DNA from: Bdellovibrionota bacterium
GTDB taxonomy: Bacteria; Bdellovibrionota_C; UBA2361; JBIKWN01
DNA length: 36,962 bases
Assembly: GCA_044356295.1 (NCBI GenBank)
Contig: JBIKWN010000021.1
Coordinates: 1-36,962 of the forward strand
Direction of reading: 5' to 3'
Position 1 is the first letter of the stretch, and each line of letters starts with the position of its first letter. Made by a program: the position numbers and the translations under genes. The notes under the pieces were generated by a model. It did no database searches. It saw only the letters and a program-made list of their open reading frames with translations, and was not told where the DNA came from. Positions 9,441-18,653 of this stretch are shown here, piece by piece.

Positions 9441-10151
9441 ATGATTGGAATTATCGCAGCGATGCCTGAAGAGATCGAACACATCGAAAAACATGCAAAT
9501 ATCAAGGAAAAACGCACTTTCGGAGGTCGAGAATTTCACATCGGAACGCTCTGTGGAAAGGATGTCGTGATCGTTCTTGCAAGGATTGGAAAAGTGGCGG
9601 CAGCAACTACAACCACGACGCTTATAAACCACTTTTCCATTTCTGAGATTGTTCTTACAGGTGTTGCTGGTGGAGTTCATCAAGACGTCAAAATTGGTGA
9701 TATCGTTGTTGGTAATAGCTTCATACAGCACGACATGGATGCAAGTGCTTCGTACCGATTTGAGCGTTTTGAAATACCTCTGCTTGGACGTAAAGAACTT
9801 CCAGCAACTCCTTCCCTTGTTGAAAAAACTGCAGAAGCAAGCAGAAAACTTGTAGCTACAAACTATCCAACTGCCAAAGTTCATGTCGGGCTCATGGGCG
9901 CAGGTGACCAATTCATAGCAAGTAAAGAAAAAATTAAAGAATTACGTTCATCTATCCCATCACTTTTATGTGTAGAGATGGAAGGCGCTGCTGCTGCACA
10001 GGTATGTTTTGAATACGGAATTCCTTTCGTATCAATTCGATCAATTTCTGATAACGCAGATGATGATGCGGGTCATGATTTTATGCAGTTTGTAAATGAT
10101 CATGCAGCACCTGTTTCAAGAGCTGTTATTGAAGCACTGTTAGAACACTAA
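9441..10151 (+). CDS. mtnN: 5'-methylthioadenosine/S-adenosylhomocysteine nucleosidase
   Basis: IGIIAAMPEE, IGKVAAA, TGVAGG, QHDMDA, GDQFI, VEMEGAA.AQVC, IRSISDNAD. Confidence 0.96.
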   Translation: MIGIIAAMPEEIEHIEKHANIKEKRTFGGREFHIGTLCGKDVVIVLARIGKVAAATTTTTLINHFSISEIVLTGVAGGVHQDVKIGDIVVGNSFIQHDMDASASYRFERFEIPLLGRKELPATPSLVEKTAEASRKLVATNYPTAKVHVGLMGAGDQFIASKEKIKELRSSIPSLLCVEMEGAAAAQVCFEYGIPFVSIRSISDNADDDAGHDFMQFVNDHAAPVSRAVIEALLEH

Positions 10152-10155
10152 AAAA

Positions 10156-11508
10156 TTAAATTGGACCCTCTGCATTAATAGCGGAACTTAGTGCCATCAC
10201 AGAGGCACCTCGAGCAATAGCACCATGTGTTGTGTATTCACTTGGATGGTGACTCTCGCCATCATTAGGGATAAAAATCATTCCTGTCGGTATTATAGAA
10301 CCATCCGATCTTTTTTGCTGAGCGATTACAGCAGAGTCATGACCTGCACCGCTTGGAAGCTCCATGTAACTAAAACTAATGTCATACGACACATCAATAG
10401 CAGCAGCACGAAGCAAAGGATCTAATGATTCAACAGGTCGCGTTCTGCTTATCTCAGAAATAGTACAAGTCAGTCCATCACCTTCTAAAAATTCAGGAAT
10501 ATCATTTTTTAGAGTTCTTAAAACATCTTCAAGATACTTCGGATCGGTTCCTCGAATATCAACTTTAAGTGAACATTCTCTACTTACCAATGACATACCC
10601 TCACCGCCCTGAATCATTGAAGGAGTAATTATTAGATCCCGTTCTTGACCACTTATTCCACCTGATAACTCTCTCGTTAAATAATTATCAAGCATCATCA
10701 TGACCTTAGCAGCACCAAGGTTTGCATCTTTTCGTTTGTCCCTTGGAGTCGTACCAGAGTGCGCAGCTTGCCCGTGTACCATTATTTCAATTCGATTTGC
10801 ACCACGAATACTAGTAACAACTCCGATATCTTTTTCTGCATCAAGCAGAACCGGACCTTGCTCGATATGTAACTCTTGTGAAGAGATGATTGTATCTTTT
10901 ATAGCCTCTGAAATTGTGGGTTTATTGTTTTTGATAAAAGAGAGATCGACGCCCTGAGATACCATTGCATCTTCTAGACGCTTAGCACCGAAAACTGGAT
11001 CAAAAGAGCCTGCATCATAAACTTTACCAAGGTGCTTCGGATCGAATTGTCCAAATGCAGCAAGCGACCCAATATATGCGACTCCAAAAGTTCCGGATTC
11101 TTCACCACGAAAGATTCTAACTCTTGCCCCTATATCGTTTGGAAGCATTCCCTCTTTTGTAATTCGCTCTGCAGAAAGGACACCACTAATAATACCAGCA
11201 GCACCATCAAAGTTTCCGCCTTGAGGAACGGTATCAAGATGCGAGCAAAACTCTACAAACCGATCTGCTTTTGGATTCCAAGTTAATACCAAATTACGAA
11301 CTTCATCCCACTCTGCAACAGCACCTCGTGCCTCTGCCCACTCTTTAAAGTGATTCATAGCTTGAGTTTCACGGTCAGAATAAGCAACTCGCAGATATCC
11401 CCTACCTTCGCCTAAAAAACCACAGGTATTCAAAAAATCATAATGTTGAGAGACGTCACTCTCGGTGAAAAGTTGAACTGCTGTCATAGGTATAAAAAAA
11501 GAGGTCAA
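10156..11508 (-). CDS. M20-family Zn-dependent amidohydrolase (allantoate amidohydrolase / N-carbamoyl-amino-acid hydrolase type)
   Basis: SHLDTVPQGGNFDGAAG, GEES, ELHIEQGP, AHSGTTP, SGAGHDS, SHHPSE; start is TTG 11508 or ATG 11487. Confidence 0.9.
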   Translation of the reverse strand: MTSFFIPMTAVQLFTESDVSQHYDFLNTCGFLGEGRGYLRVAYSDRETQAMNHFKEWAEARGAVAEWDEVRNLVLTWNPKADRFVEFCSHLDTVPQGGNFDGAAGIISGVLSAERITKEGMLPNDIGARVRIFRGEESGTFGVAYIGSLAAFGQFDPKHLGKVYDAGSFDPVFGAKRLEDAMVSQGVDLSFIKNNKPTISEAIKDTIISSQELHIEQGPVLLDAEKDIGVVTSIRGANRIEIMVHGQAAHSGTTPRDKRKDANLGAAKVMMMLDNYLTRELSGGISGQERDLIITPSMIQGGEGMSLVSRECSLKVDIRGTDPKYLEDVLRTLKNDIPEFLEGDGLTCTISEISRTRPVESLDPLLRAAAIDVSYDISFSYMELPSGAGHDSAVIAQQKRSDGSIIPTGMIFIPNDGESHHPSEYTTHGAIARGASVMALSSAINAEGPI

Positions 11509-11516
11509 AAGACCTC
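11494..11516 (-). terminator. Intrinsic terminator downstream of ssb
   Basis: Minus strand GAGGTC-TTTT-GACCTC followed by T7. Confidence 0.7.
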
Positions 11517-11544
11517 CTTATTTTCTAATAATTTCAGTTCCTAA

Positions 11545-12021
11545 TCAAAAAGGAATGTCATCATCATCAAAACTTACCGAATCAGCACTTGCAGCTAATT
11601 GGTCTGCTGATGGAAGCGAATCAAGGACAGAGCCCCCAAAACCTTCTCCACCACCGGAGTTTGGAGCATCTTGATAGGCTCCACCTGTAGCACCTTTACC
11701 GCCAAGAAACTGAACAGTACCAGCAAGGATCTCTGTCGTATAACGATCTTTACCTTCTTTATCCTGCCACTTACGGGTTTGGATTTTGCCTTCAATATAA
11801 ACTTCGCTACCTTTTTTAATGAATTTCTGGCAGTTTTCGCCGCTTTTTCCAAGTACAACAATATTGTGCCACTCTGTGGTATCTTTCCATTCACCGTTTT
11901 GGTCTTTTCTGCGCTCAGATGTAGCGAGGCTAAAATTACAGATAGGAAACTGTTGTGAGGTATAACGAACCTCAGGATCCTTACCTAAACGACCAAGTAG
12001 TATGACTTTATTTACGCCCAT
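11545..12021 (-). CDS. ssb: Single-stranded DNA-binding protein
   Basis: [42 protein letters not shown]-terminal DDDIPF. Confidence 0.98.
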   Translation of the reverse strand: MGVNKVILLGRLGKDPEVRYTSQQFPICNFSLATSERRKDQNGEWKDTTEWHNIVVLGKSGENCQKFIKKGSEVYIEGKIQTRKWQDKEGKDRYTTEILAGTVQFLGGKGATGGAYQDAPNSGGGEGFGGSVLDSLPSADQLAASADSVSFDDDDIPF

Positions 12022-12180
12022 AGTATTATTCTCTTCTTTAAAATGGTTCGACTATTCGAACTTAAAAAGACCTGTTCGAAGAAACGAGTTCAAAAGTTGC
12101 TTCTCTAACGTGAGTATAACCGAATTTCAACGAACTTAAAGTGAATTCGCACCAGAACTTTAAAATGAGGATAAATTAGT

Positions 12181-12702
12181 ATGAAAATTAGAGTAAATGA
12201 CCTTCCTGATAAAGGTCTGCATGCGTCGGAAACTATTGAAGCGACTGCTATTAATGCTCGGCTGCAAGAAGCCGATGGAAATCAATTTATTTTTACTGAA
12301 CCCCTTGCTTGTACTGTTCATATCACACCCCTGGGGGCAATTGGGGCACAGGTGAAAGGAGTCGTAAAAACAAAGTACACACAGGGTTGTTCGCTTTGTC
12401 TTGAAAACCTCCCCCGTGAGTTGAGTCACGATTTTACATTTCAACTTCGCAAAAAGAATGAATCTGAATCGGTTGAAGATGATGTCGGTATTTTTTATTT
12501 TTCAGGAGACCATGTTGAGCTGGATCAGATGATTGAAGAAGAAATAATCCTGACGCTCTCTATTTTTTGGCATCCAGAATTTACGAATGAAAAATGTAGT
12601 AGCTGTTCAAGAACAAAAGCATCGCTTGGTGTAACAGAAAAAAGTGATGGATTAAGTTTAGGGGACTTAATGACTGCTGCAGCAAAAAAGAGTTTGAATT
12701 AA
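12181..12702 (+). CDS. yceD: YceD/DUF177-family protein
   Basis: CSLCLE motif, GDHVELDQMIEEEIILTL, second Cys pair, typical size and C-terminus. Confidence 0.8.
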   Translation: MKIRVNDLPDKGLHASETIEATAINARLQEADGNQFIFTEPLACTVHITPLGAIGAQVKGVVKTKYTQGCSLCLENLPRELSHDFTFQLRKKNESESVEDDVGIFYFSGDHVELDQMIEEEIILTLSIFWHPEFTNEKCSSCSRTKASLGVTEKSDGLSLGDLMTAAAKKSLN

Positions 12703-12717
12703 TAGAATTTAAACGCC

Positions 12718-13116
12718 CTACTCGTTCGCTGCATTTTTCTTTTCGAGTGACCATTTTTTTTCGAGTCGCTCGACAGCGCCGCCGTATGCTTGTTCAGCTT
12801 GATCTAAGATCTGTGCAACTACAAATTGCCCATCTTCGTTTAGGTCTGCAGGGTTTGGTAAGTGCGCAAGGATTGAAAAACAGATCTCTCGTTCATCTAC
12901 AAGATATTTTGCAGCACGAGAGAATCGAAGTGAAATATCAAGAATATCAAATATAACATTGTGCTCAACCGCAGCAAGAAATGTTTCGCCTAGTTCTTTA
13001 ATAATTCGGTGCACAAGCCCAGGAAAAATTTCACCTGGATAATTAGTAATGCCGTAACACCAGCCATCTATTTCGACTTCGAATACTTCATCATATCGAT
13101 CAACAACTTCAACCAT
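12718..13116 (-). CDS. Hypothetical protein (132 aa, acidic)
   Basis: Clean ORF 8 bp downstream of co-oriented gene, GGA-containing SD-like sequence upstream; no family recognised. Confidence 0.75.
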   Translation of the reverse strand: MVEVVDRYDEVFEVEIDGWCYGITNYPGEIFPGLVHRIIKELGETFLAAVEHNVIFDILDISLRFSRAAKYLVDEREICFSILAHLPNPADLNEDGQFVVAQILDQAEQAYGGAVERLEKKWSLEKKNAANE

Positions 13117-13124
13117 CTTGGTTA

Positions 13125-14090
13125 CTATCCTGTTACTGTATCTGATTCATCAGGTACAATACTATACTCTGTTTCTTCCTTAATCATCTTATAAAGATGG
13201 TTATACGGTGAATCATCTTGTTGTACTTTATCAAGAAGCGTTTTTAAAACGCCTTGAAAACTTTTTGCTTCATCAGGATTTAAACCGAGCTCTTCTAATT
13301 TTTCCTGAATTTTTGGAATTGCTAAAATCCCAACTGCCCCAGCAAGAATCAACTCTGCTTCCTCTTCATCTTCAGAAAGCGTTTTTTTCTTTTTAACATT
13401 GAGCATCGTAAAGATATCTTGCAACTGTGCATCGGTCATCCCTGCGGGATTCTGCATATCGATGCCATTTTTCTGGAGCAACATATCAAACGTTTCAGAG
13501 AGCCCTCCCATGACAATCAGTAACTCTGGATTGCTGTTTAGTGCAGCGTAATTTCCATAATCGCGGATTGGCTGCGATGCACCGTTTAAGCTATCGACCT
13601 GATCGAGGGATACTTCTGGTTCACCGCCATCAATCTGAGATTCGATTTTGCTATCTTCTTCCTGCGCGCGTTGTAATCTTTTTTGAAGTGCTGTTTCAAC
13701 ATCATCTTTATTTGATACTTCTGTTGGATCTTCCCACGCATCTTGAACATCCGCAGATGTTTGATTTCTGTTTTGGGTTAGTTGTCGATTAGATCGTGCA
13801 ACAGCACCAGTAATCGAACGACCAGCGGCTTGTAGACGAAGAGAGGCTTTTTCTCTTTCTTCAACAGTTTGATTGCCACGACGTGCAGCTTTTCTTGAAG
13901 CTCTTTCTTCAGGACTGGATTTACGAACTGCAGTTTGAACTTTGTTATCAGCTTTTGCTTGCTCTTGCTTTACATCTGTTTTTTGAAACGCAGCAATTGC
14001 AGTTTTTGAACCAAAGTCAGTCTTCCCGAGATCAGCAATCCCAGTCTCAGTTTTTGTATCCTGATTTTTTCCGCGAATTATATTAGCCAT
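13125..14090 (-). CDS. Hypothetical protein (321 aa, charged; basic N-half, acidic C-half)
   Basis: Long ORF filling the gap; no family recognised. Confidence 0.75.
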   Translation of the reverse strand: MANIIRGKNQDTKTETGIADLGKTDFGSKTAIAAFQKTDVKQEQAKADNKVQTAVRKSSPEERASRKAARRGNQTVEEREKASLRLQAAGRSITGAVARSNRQLTQNRNQTSADVQDAWEDPTEVSNKDDVETALQKRLQRAQEEDSKIESQIDGGEPEVSLDQVDSLNGASQPIRDYGNYAALNSNPELLIVMGGLSETFDMLLQKNGIDMQNPAGMTDAQLQDIFTMLNVKKKKTLSEDEEEAELILAGAVGILAIPKIQEKLEELGLNPDEAKSFQGVLKTLLDKVQQDDSPYNHLYKMIKEETEYSIVPDESDTVTG

Positions 14091-14289
14091 GAATAATGGA
14101 CAGCCTTCCCCTAGTCTTTGATCACTCTTACTGAGTCTATCGGTATAACATATCTATTTACTTCAGTATTTTTTTCAGTTTTTTTAAAAAATATTGAGCA
14201 ATATAAATTTGATTATCCTCATAAGCCGTTGATTTTACTAGAGGTTAAGGTATAGTTGGGACGTGGTACTGCTTAGCAGTATTATTTTT

Positions 14290-14359
14290 TAACGCGAAGG
14301 TCGCGAAGTACGCGAAGGATTACATACATTCCTTCGCGTACTTCGCGACCTTCGCGTTA
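14290..14359. repeat. Perfect 30-bp inverted repeat (10-nt loop) built from 9-mer units; REPIN/MITE-like
   Basis: TAACGCGAAGGTCGCGAAGTACGCGAAGGA (14290-14319) and exact reverse complement (14330-14359). Confidence 0.93.
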
Positions 14360-14393
14360 CTAAAAAAACCATCAAATATTTTCCACTATTCAG

Positions 14394-16157
14394 TTGAAGC
14401 TACGGAGCCCTTCATTGGAACAAAACCAAATTAACTATATAAGCACCCTTTTATCCTCTATTACTAATCAGCCATTAGAAACGGTGTCTCGTTCTTTAAC
14501 TCGCCCAAAAACTGCAAAACTTGGCGACTGGTCATTCCCTTGTTTTGAACAAGCAAAAGCTTTGAAAAAAGCTCCGCCTGCAGTCGCAGTCGAGGTAAAG
14601 GATGCACTCGATAAAATTTCTCCTGAATCACGATCTGGAATCGAAAAAATCGAAGCAGTTGGTCCTTACCTAAATTTCTTTCTTAAACGCTCCTTTTGGA
14701 ATGAAGCTGTTATTAAAAATATTTTTTCTGCCAAAGATGGCGTTTCGAAAAAAGAGAGTAACCATAAAAAAATTGTTCTTGAATATTCGTCTCCTAATAT
14801 TGCAAAAACGATCCATGTCGGGCATCTGCGCACAACATTAATAGGAGCAAGCTTAGACAGAATTTTTCGCCACCGTGGCTATGATGTTTCCTCAGTTAAT
14901 CACCTTGGTGATTGGGGGACCCAGTTCGGTTTTGTCTTTGCTGGAGCAACACTATTCGGAAAACCAGAAAATGCATCAGTGGATGAATTAGTCGACCTCT
15001 ATATTAAGGCTACTAATTTAAGAAAGCTTCAAGATATGAAGCAAGTGCCAGAGGATCAAAAACATCATCCCGTCGTTAACGAAATGGCTCGTGATTATTT
15101 TATACGTCTAGAAGCCGGTGACACCGAAGCGACTGAATTTTGGAAATGGTGCCTTGATATTTCTGTCACTTATTTAAAAGCAGCATATACAAGACTTGGT
15201 ATTCATTTTGATCATTACACTGGTGAATCATTCTACAAAGATATGGTTCCAATGGTTGAAGAAAAAATAAGAGCTAGTGGAATCTTGGAAGATTCACGTG
15301 GTGCCCTTGGTGTAACTCTTGATGAAGAATTAGGATTTGTTCGAGTCTTTGCTGAAGATGGGCGCTCGCTTTATATAACCCGTGATATTGCAGCTGCAAT
15401 CTACCGACACGATCATTTTAAACCAGAAAGAAACCTCTACATTGTTGCAGCTCAACAGATGCTTCATTTCAAACAGTTAAAAGCGATTATGGAAAAGATG
15501 GGTCACCCATCTGCCAAAGAGATTGTACATATTCCATTTGGATTTGTTCCCGGAATGAAAACACGTGAAGGTGGAGCAATTTCATTAAAACTATTTCTTG
15601 ATGAAGCATACGCAAAAGCACTTGATGCATACCGAAATCAAGTTACCAAAAAACCTGAAGGACTCGATGAAAATGAAGTCGCTGAAAAAGTTTCAATCGG
15701 TTCGACCTATTTTTATTTCTTGAGCCATTCGAATATCAAAGATTTCAACTTTAATTGGGATGAAGCTTTAAGTTTTCAAGGTGATACAGGACCATACTGT
15801 CAGTATGCACTGGCAAGGCTCAATTCAATTATTGCTAAAGCTTCGGCTGAAGGGATTACTCCTTTGACTGAAAACTTTGGTGAGTACCTACTTGATGATG
15901 CAAGTCATGAGCTTTGCTCAATTCTTTCAAAGTTTGATGCAACGCTTGATAAAATTACAGAGGACTACGAACCGAATCATCTTGCAAATTTTATTCTTGA
16001 ATTATCAAAAACGATTTCTAAAGTTTACAAACATCTTCGTGTGATTGGTGAAGAGGAAAATGTTTCTCGTACTCGGCTTGGGTTGTTTGTGGCGAGTAGA
16101 GATACGTTGCGGACTGCGCTTTATTTGTTGGGGATGCCTACGGTTGAGAGGATGTAG
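14394..16157 (+). CDS. argS: Arginine--tRNA ligase
   Basis: GPYLNF, EYSSPNIAK..HVGHLR, NHLGDWGTQFG, Y.TRDIAAA.YR, MKTREG, GDTGPY.QYA.AR, C-terminal ERM; start may be TTG 14415 (GGAG upstream). Confidence 0.97.
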   Translation: MKLRSPSLEQNQINYISTLLSSITNQPLETVSRSLTRPKTAKLGDWSFPCFEQAKALKKAPPAVAVEVKDALDKISPESRSGIEKIEAVGPYLNFFLKRSFWNEAVIKNIFSAKDGVSKKESNHKKIVLEYSSPNIAKTIHVGHLRTTLIGASLDRIFRHRGYDVSSVNHLGDWGTQFGFVFAGATLFGKPENASVDELVDLYIKATNLRKLQDMKQVPEDQKHHPVVNEMARDYFIRLEAGDTEATEFWKWCLDISVTYLKAAYTRLGIHFDHYTGESFYKDMVPMVEEKIRASGILEDSRGALGVTLDEELGFVRVFAEDGRSLYITRDIAAAIYRHDHFKPERNLYIVAAQQMLHFKQLKAIMEKMGHPSAKEIVHIPFGFVPGMKTREGGAISLKLFLDEAYAKALDAYRNQVTKKPEGLDENEVAEKVSIGSTYFYFLSHSNIKDFNFNWDEALSFQGDTGPYCQYALARLNSIIAKASAEGITPLTENFGEYLLDDASHELCSILSKFDATLDKITEDYEPNHLANFILELSKTISKVYKHLRVIGEEENVSRTRLGLFVASRDTLRTALYLLGMPTVERM

Positions 16158-16235
16158 TTAGAATATCTGCATTGAGTATTTGAATCTTATTAAAAAATTT
16201 GACTATATGAGTTAAAAAGTCAAAAATAACAGCGT

Positions 16236-17480
16236 TTGAATTGTAATTCTTATATGCTTGATCCCTCTTCACAAGAAAATCCATTAACTGTAATACCAGC
16301 AGAACACTTAAACAATGTTGGTTCTATCCGAGGCGCAATTGACAGGGCGAATCATTTTTTAACTTCTTATATCCCGCCGATATTTCCTTTTGACAGGTCA
16401 TCACGAGTCGCCCTAGATAAACCATCTGAAACTGCAGAAAACTTAGTTCAGCTGTGTTTAGAGAAAGGTCTTCGATCAATCATCGTAGAGCAACCTGTTA
16501 CATGGTTAAACACTGATACTAATGGCGATATGTTTCGCCAAATGTTTTCAACTCTTATAACCTACCTTTCACGGCTAGGAGTTGCTCTTGAACTCATTCC
16601 TACTAAAAAAGCTGAGACATTCACGCCACGGTCAGTTGATACCAATCAAATTCTGTTTAGTTATCATACTGCTGATGATTCAGAGTCTCCAATTATTCAA
16701 CCTAATATTTGGAGAATTAAAGAATCAATAATCCCTCCTTTCTTCAGCTTCGATAGGACAGGTTTTAGTGGCTGGGGTGAGCTTGCTATGAAGCAAAGTA
16801 TGTATTTTTCAAGTCTATCAATAGATATTGGGGACGCTAATGATTATTTTGGCGCATTGCGAACATACATAACGGAAAATAATGTTTCGAAATATGCACA
16901 ACCTGATAGTACAGAAGTACTGCCCGAAAATTATGTATTTCATGCAATGCAGATAGCGACTGATTCTGTCATGAGACTCGCACATTTAACACCTGCAAAT
17001 CTTCTAGAACACTTAATACAAAATGCTGAAAGTACCGGCAAGCATCTTGTTGTTAAAAGACACCCTCGATGCCGTAATAAAGAAACATTAGCCCTCATTG
17101 AAAGTAATAAGGATCATCCTCTTGTGACTTTTTCGAATGGTCATATAGATCAATTGGTAAGAAATGCCGAAAGCGTGGTTGTGATCAACTCAGGCGTTGG
17201 AATGGAATCAATCATGAGAGGTAAAGCAGTTTTTATTGCTGGAATCAGTGACTACCGATGGGGTGCACATGAAGTAGATTCAGAAGGTATTGGTCTTGAG
17301 TACGCATTTCAACTGCCTCGTCCAAAACTAGATCCAATCTCACTTGCGCAGTTTGTTACTTTTTATTTCCGAGACTACTGCATGAATGCCAATGATGAAC
17401 GCTCCATTGAAGAACATGTTTGTAAAGCATTGCTATCTTGGTTAAATTCTAATCCAGAATCCGATACAGAAAAAGTTTAA
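16236..17480 (+). CDS. KpsS/KpsC-like capsule biosynthesis glycosyltransferase (Capsule_synth-type C-terminal domain)
   Basis: VFHAMQIATDS, LVVKRHP, VVVINSGVGMESIMRGKAVF motifs; start possibly ATG 16254. Confidence 0.72.
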   Translation: MNCNSYMLDPSSQENPLTVIPAEHLNNVGSIRGAIDRANHFLTSYIPPIFPFDRSSRVALDKPSETAENLVQLCLEKGLRSIIVEQPVTWLNTDTNGDMFRQMFSTLITYLSRLGVALELIPTKKAETFTPRSVDTNQILFSYHTADDSESPIIQPNIWRIKESIIPPFFSFDRTGFSGWGELAMKQSMYFSSLSIDIGDANDYFGALRTYITENNVSKYAQPDSTEVLPENYVFHAMQIATDSVMRLAHLTPANLLEHLIQNAESTGKHLVVKRHPRCRNKETLALIESNKDHPLVTFSNGHIDQLVRNAESVVVINSGVGMESIMRGKAVFIAGISDYRWGAHEVDSEGIGLEYAFQLPRPKLDPISLAQFVTFYFRDYCMNANDERSIEEHVCKALLSWLNSNPESDTEKV

Positions 17481-18553
17481 GCTAATTCTTCTTTAAACTG
17501 CCTCTTCACACTAAGAGCAAGCGCACGCAATGAATCCATTGAGTAATCCTCAAGCTGCGCCAATTCAATCTGCAAATAATTTTCAGGAAGCCCTATTTCT
17601 TGACAGATCCTTCGGACTTTATTTGCTTCCTGCTTTTTATGCTCACTCTCAATCCGATCTTCTTCTTCAGTCTTGAGGGCAACGCTTTTCTTTGCTGCAT
17701 CTAGCTTTTCAAGCGTATCTATCAGTTGTTTTAAATACTTTGCAAAAATTTCTTTTGACTCATCCGTGATTGGCTCAGTCTTAAGGAGCTTTTCCTGATG
17801 AGAAGACAACGTATTCGTTTCAGTTTTCTTAATTATTTCTGATGAAGTCGGAGGCAACAAACTTACTGAAAACCGCCCAACTCCACGACCTGAAATAACA
17901 GGTGGAATATGTTTTATCTGTGAGAGTTTTGTTTTTTCTTTTTGAATCTTGGAATCAAGTGTTGCTTGCTTACCTTCAAGTGATATCTGAATTCCTGATG
18001 CAACCTCTTCTATTTTGCCGTTTTCTAGCAAAGTTAAGAATGAATTTTTCTGATCTTGAGTTATGAGGTCATCATTCTTCAAAAAGTTGATAAAGTTTTT
18101 CAGAAATAACTTTTGCTGAGCACTCGGAAATTGTTTACGTTCAGTATTAAATCGAGACAGCTCTTTTAGAAGTAATGTAATGATCTGCTTTTTGGCTTCC
18201 ATTAATTGTACTGATGCAGCACCTTGAAGTGCGTCAGAAACTGACTCTTCATTTTTTTTCGGCAGTTTTTTTCTTTTCTCTGCAATTTCTAAAAGCTGTC
18301 CGTATGTAATCTCTCTTCCATCAGCTAGAACGAGTACATGATCTTCTTTTATGAGACCTTCACTGATTAATTCTCTCAGGACTGATGCTAAATCAGATAT
18401 ATCATCTTTTTTTACCTCTTCACGTGCTTCATCAATTTCAGAGGCACTTGATTCTGGCTTACAAAAAGTCAGAGAACATAATTTTCTGCCTTTTTTAGGT
18501 GCTGCGGCTGTGGGATTCGCTGCAGGGGCATCGATAATATGAACCATATTCAT
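17477..18553 (-). CDS. Hypothetical Lys/Glu-rich, probably coiled-coil protein
   Basis: 358-aa ORF, convergent 4-bp overlap with neighbour; no family recognised. Confidence 0.7.
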   Translation of the reverse strand: MNMVHIIDAPAANPTAAAPKKGRKLCSLTFCKPESSASEIDEAREEVKKDDISDLASVLRELISEGLIKEDHVLVLADGREITYGQLLEIAEKRKKLPKKNEESVSDALQGAASVQLMEAKKQIITLLLKELSRFNTERKQFPSAQQKLFLKNFINFLKNDDLITQDQKNSFLTLLENGKIEEVASGIQISLEGKQATLDSKIQKEKTKLSQIKHIPPVISGRGVGRFSVSLLPPTSSEIIKKTETNTLSSHQEKLLKTEPITDESKEIFAKYLKQLIDTLEKLDAAKKSVALKTEEEDRIESEHKKQEANKVRRICQEIGLPENYLQIELAQLEDYSMDSLRALALSVKRQFKEELA

Positions 18554-18616
18554 AGGTATGAGAGAAAAAAAAATGATGTGACATAAAAAAAACTATTGTG
18601 AAAAATACTACTTGCA

Positions 18617-18640
18617 TTCTATACTCGAAATATTATAGAA
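18617..18640. promoter_or_regulatory. Palindrome TTCTATA-N10-TATAGAA upstream of lexA (candidate operator)
   Basis: 7-bp perfect arms overlapping a possible -10 TATACT (18620-18625). Confidence 0.35.
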
Positions 18641-18653
18641 ACATGGAACAAAC

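Noticed and set aside
7164..14359. 29-30-bp repeats as a CRISPR array
   Set aside because: Copies are dispersed or inverted, with no spacer periodicity and no cas genes
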